Shown piece after piece: positions 61,501-64,000 of a stretch of DNA of 64,000 bases. Under the pieces are notes generated by a model. That model ran no database searches, was not told the origin of the DNA, and saw only the letters and a program-made list of their open reading frames with translations. The translations under genes were made by a program, and so were the position numbers. The DNA comes from Paragordius varius (lineage: Eukaryota; Animalia; Nematomorpha), in contig OZ176057.1 of assembly GCA_964247055.1 (NCBI GenBank), positions 3,658,001 to 3,722,000 on the forward strand, written 5' to 3'. The first letter of the stretch is position 1. Each line of letters starts with the position of its first letter.

Positions 61501-63795
61501 AAATATATATAATGATAATAATAACATTTTTGTGAAACCGTAACAAATCTTTTTTAAAACCGAACCGTTGTTTGAAACAATCTCAAAAAATATTTTTTTG
61601 GAATTTTATAAATTTATAATTTAAAACAAACAAGCGGGACCTCTTTTAGATTAAATTAGAGTGAGATTTTTCCAATGAAACTAGCATATTTGCTGCGTAT
61701 ATATTATAAGTTAGGTATTTATTGGAAATGTATTAATCTAGGAACCTATTAATTTAAAGCAAATTCACCGTTTAACGAAAACATAATCAAAACCAAGATT
61801 TAATATTTTTTTGGAAATGAAAAATCCAGCCGTTTTTATTAGGGTCCGCAAGCAGAACTGTTTGCTTTATATCTATTATTTTCACGGTTAAAAATGGCTT
61901 GTTTTAAACTCGAAGTATTGCATGATGAGTTGTAATTTAATATTTTATCCATTTACAATTGTAGGACGTAGATGTACCTGGTCTAAATCGAACCACTCAT
62001 AGTGACTCACATGACAAAAGCAAAATCTCAGCCTTTAATTTTAACAGTCAATCTTTGGGTGCAAAACGAGCAATCTCTGATGACGCACGGAATCAAAATT
62101 TGGAATCAGAGCCAGAAACTTCGTTTAAATATGCCTTAAACAAAGCTCAAATAAATGCCGGTACTAATATTGTTGGGAAACTCATACCAGTTGAGGATAA
62201 TGGAAGAAATTCTTTGCAATCGGGCGAAAAAGGGGTAGAAAAGCCCAAATCTGGGACTTTACAAATGTTCTATGGTGCTAAGCGAAAGAAAATAAAGTTA
62301 CCACCCCCATCCAAAAAACGGATAAAAATTAAAAAAGTTATTGTTAAAAAGGTAGGTCAGTGACACGGTTATTTTATCTTAATCCATATAAATGGAAAAA
62401 AATTATTTTGACATTAAGTTAAGTTGTACCTCTTTTTTAGCGCAATATCTACTCGCAATTTCGTAATATTGTATGCATGCTAATAATCTTCTATAGCTAC
62501 TGTAGGTCACAACACACTGATTTAAAAATTATATATTGCAAACATATATGATTTTGCCATTTGTTTTACAGGTTAGGGTCAAAAAAGTGCGTGTCAAACC
62601 GGTTAAAGTTGTCGTGTTTAAGCCAAAGAAATTACCTCCCCCCAAAAAAGTACGATTTGCTCCAATCGTGGTTAAGAAACCGCCACCACCCATAAAAATC
62701 CGAAAAATTCCGGTGATCAAAAAACGACCCCCGCCCAAAAAGAAGAAAGCAATATTGGTTCGACCACCCATTAAACATTTTGTGGAAGGAAATGACCAAG
62801 GAGAGACATTAGATACCGAAATATCGGGCCTTAAAAATTCCGAAAATCATAAAACAGTTTTGATCGAGGAGAAGAAGGATTCAGAACTCGAGAAAGATTC
62901 TGAAAGTATGCATCAAAGTAGGAAACGAAGGCATATATATTTGAGAGATTTAGTTCAAAGGCTTCAACAAACTAACGAAAACTCATCAACCAACTCTGTC
63001 CATGGAGATAACAAATTTGCCAAAATATACCAAGATAATCATGATAATGCATATGAAATGTTACCCGAAAATGATATAAGTGTTGCTAAAACAAATGAAA
63101 AAAGTAACAATATGATACTATACAGCCAGGAAAAATCTGTCCATTGTAACGTGAATGGATTAAAAATGTGTGCTCGAAATTTCGTTTATGACATAGTTAA
63201 TGCCACTAATATTACCAGATATCAATTCTGTCGGTATACACAAATATTGTATGTTAAAACAGGGGTGTCCAACACAAATGGTCAAGGGGGCGGCAGTTTA
63301 GCCTCCAAAATCTCCCACGGGTCGCATTTAAAAAATATATGGGCATTAACAAAATTTTAAACATAACACAGTAAAAAAATTTACAAATCCAATAAAACTA
63401 CCACCATTTATAAAAACAGTTTTTGTTACTTCATTGCCAAAATATGTTTAAGACATATCAAATTAACATAGATTTTTTGTATATTAACGTTTTTTAATTT
63501 CTCAAATTTTGTATTTGGTATATTTTTTAAATTTCCCCCAGGCTTCCGAGATATATTTTGAATGATCGCTTGTTGGACACCTCTCCTGCATTAAAATCAA
63601 AAAAGAATTTTGTAAAAATTTGTTATAAACCTTTTATTTCGTGTACATCTTAGTGGCTACGATAATTTAAAAGAATGTATGCAGGAACAAGTCAGCAAAT
63701 GTGGGGAGAAAGCGATGAAGGCTTACAAACGAAAATTGGAAGAAAAATTGCATTATGACTTTGAATGTGCAACGTATAAGGCTGGAAAAACGTAA
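58594..63795 (+). CDS. Orphan secreted protein, 654 aa: signal peptide, basic and Thr/Ser-rich blocks, Lys/Pro/Val-rich region, RKRR site, 6-Cys C-terminal module (6 exons)
   Basis: Exons 58594-58639, 59558-59749, 60934-61469, 61965-62351, 62572-63233, 63654-63795 (1965 nt, phases consistent). N-terminus MWFKNGLTLTIFLSLVIWLIMMDPCSG-EP. The last junction gives RYQFCRGYDNLKECMQEQVSKCG. An alternative is an unspliced end at TAA 63360. Confidence 0.75.
59149..59439. mobile_element. MITE family B copy in intron 1 of the secreted Lys/Pro/Val-rich gene
   Basis: Family B body, right TIR TTTTGTCAGTATAATTTCAGTTTTTACTG|ta. Confidence 0.8.
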
Positions 63796-64000
63796 TTTTG
63801 TTTAGCTAATATGGATTTGGTTCTTGTAAACCAAAAAAATCCTATTTATAAAAATACACGTTTTTTTAAGTTGGCGCATTTTTTATGCGGATAATAGAAA
63901 AATGTTTTTTATGCCACCTTTAATGTTGACTATGTTAGTATTTAAACATTACAAAAAGTATCAATTTTTACGGCATAACAGTATTTATAACCTAATTTTT

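Noticed and set aside
60827-62771. Minus-strand ORFs 60827-61222 and 62529-62771
   Set aside because: Antisense shadows of the basic and Pro-rich exons of the plus-strand gene.

Overview
Very AT-rich, intron-rich eukaryotic (animal, probably invertebrate) genomic DNA; the species cannot be determined from sequence. I spliced all gene models by hand using GT-AG boundaries and phase consistency. Three genes are conserved: a PKA type I regulatory subunit (+, 17906-26947, 9 exons, 386 aa), an RPRD2-like CID protein (-, 29695-40312, 12 exons, 835 aa), and a greatly expanded COP9 signalosome subunit 1 (+, 40402-52371, 15 exons, 914 aa) lying head-to-head with RPRD2. Four look lineage-specific: a 187-aa secreted furin-site proprotein (-, 2989-9361), a 91-aa secreted single-domain antistasin-type inhibitor (+, 12082-13215), an orphan 7TM/GPCR-like ORF (-, 54777-55991), and a 654-aa secreted Lys/Pro/Val-rich protein with a 6-Cys C-terminal module (+, 58594-63795). 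There is also one exon of an unidentified gene at the left edge. Introns and intergenic DNA are packed with non-autonomous elements: a TTAA-targeting piggyBac-like family with nested copies, three TA-flanked MITE families, a hAT-like family, Helitrons and a decayed mariner transposase. No prokaryotic features, rRNA, tRNA or CRISPR arrays were seen. No database searches were run; homology calls rest on recalled motifs.
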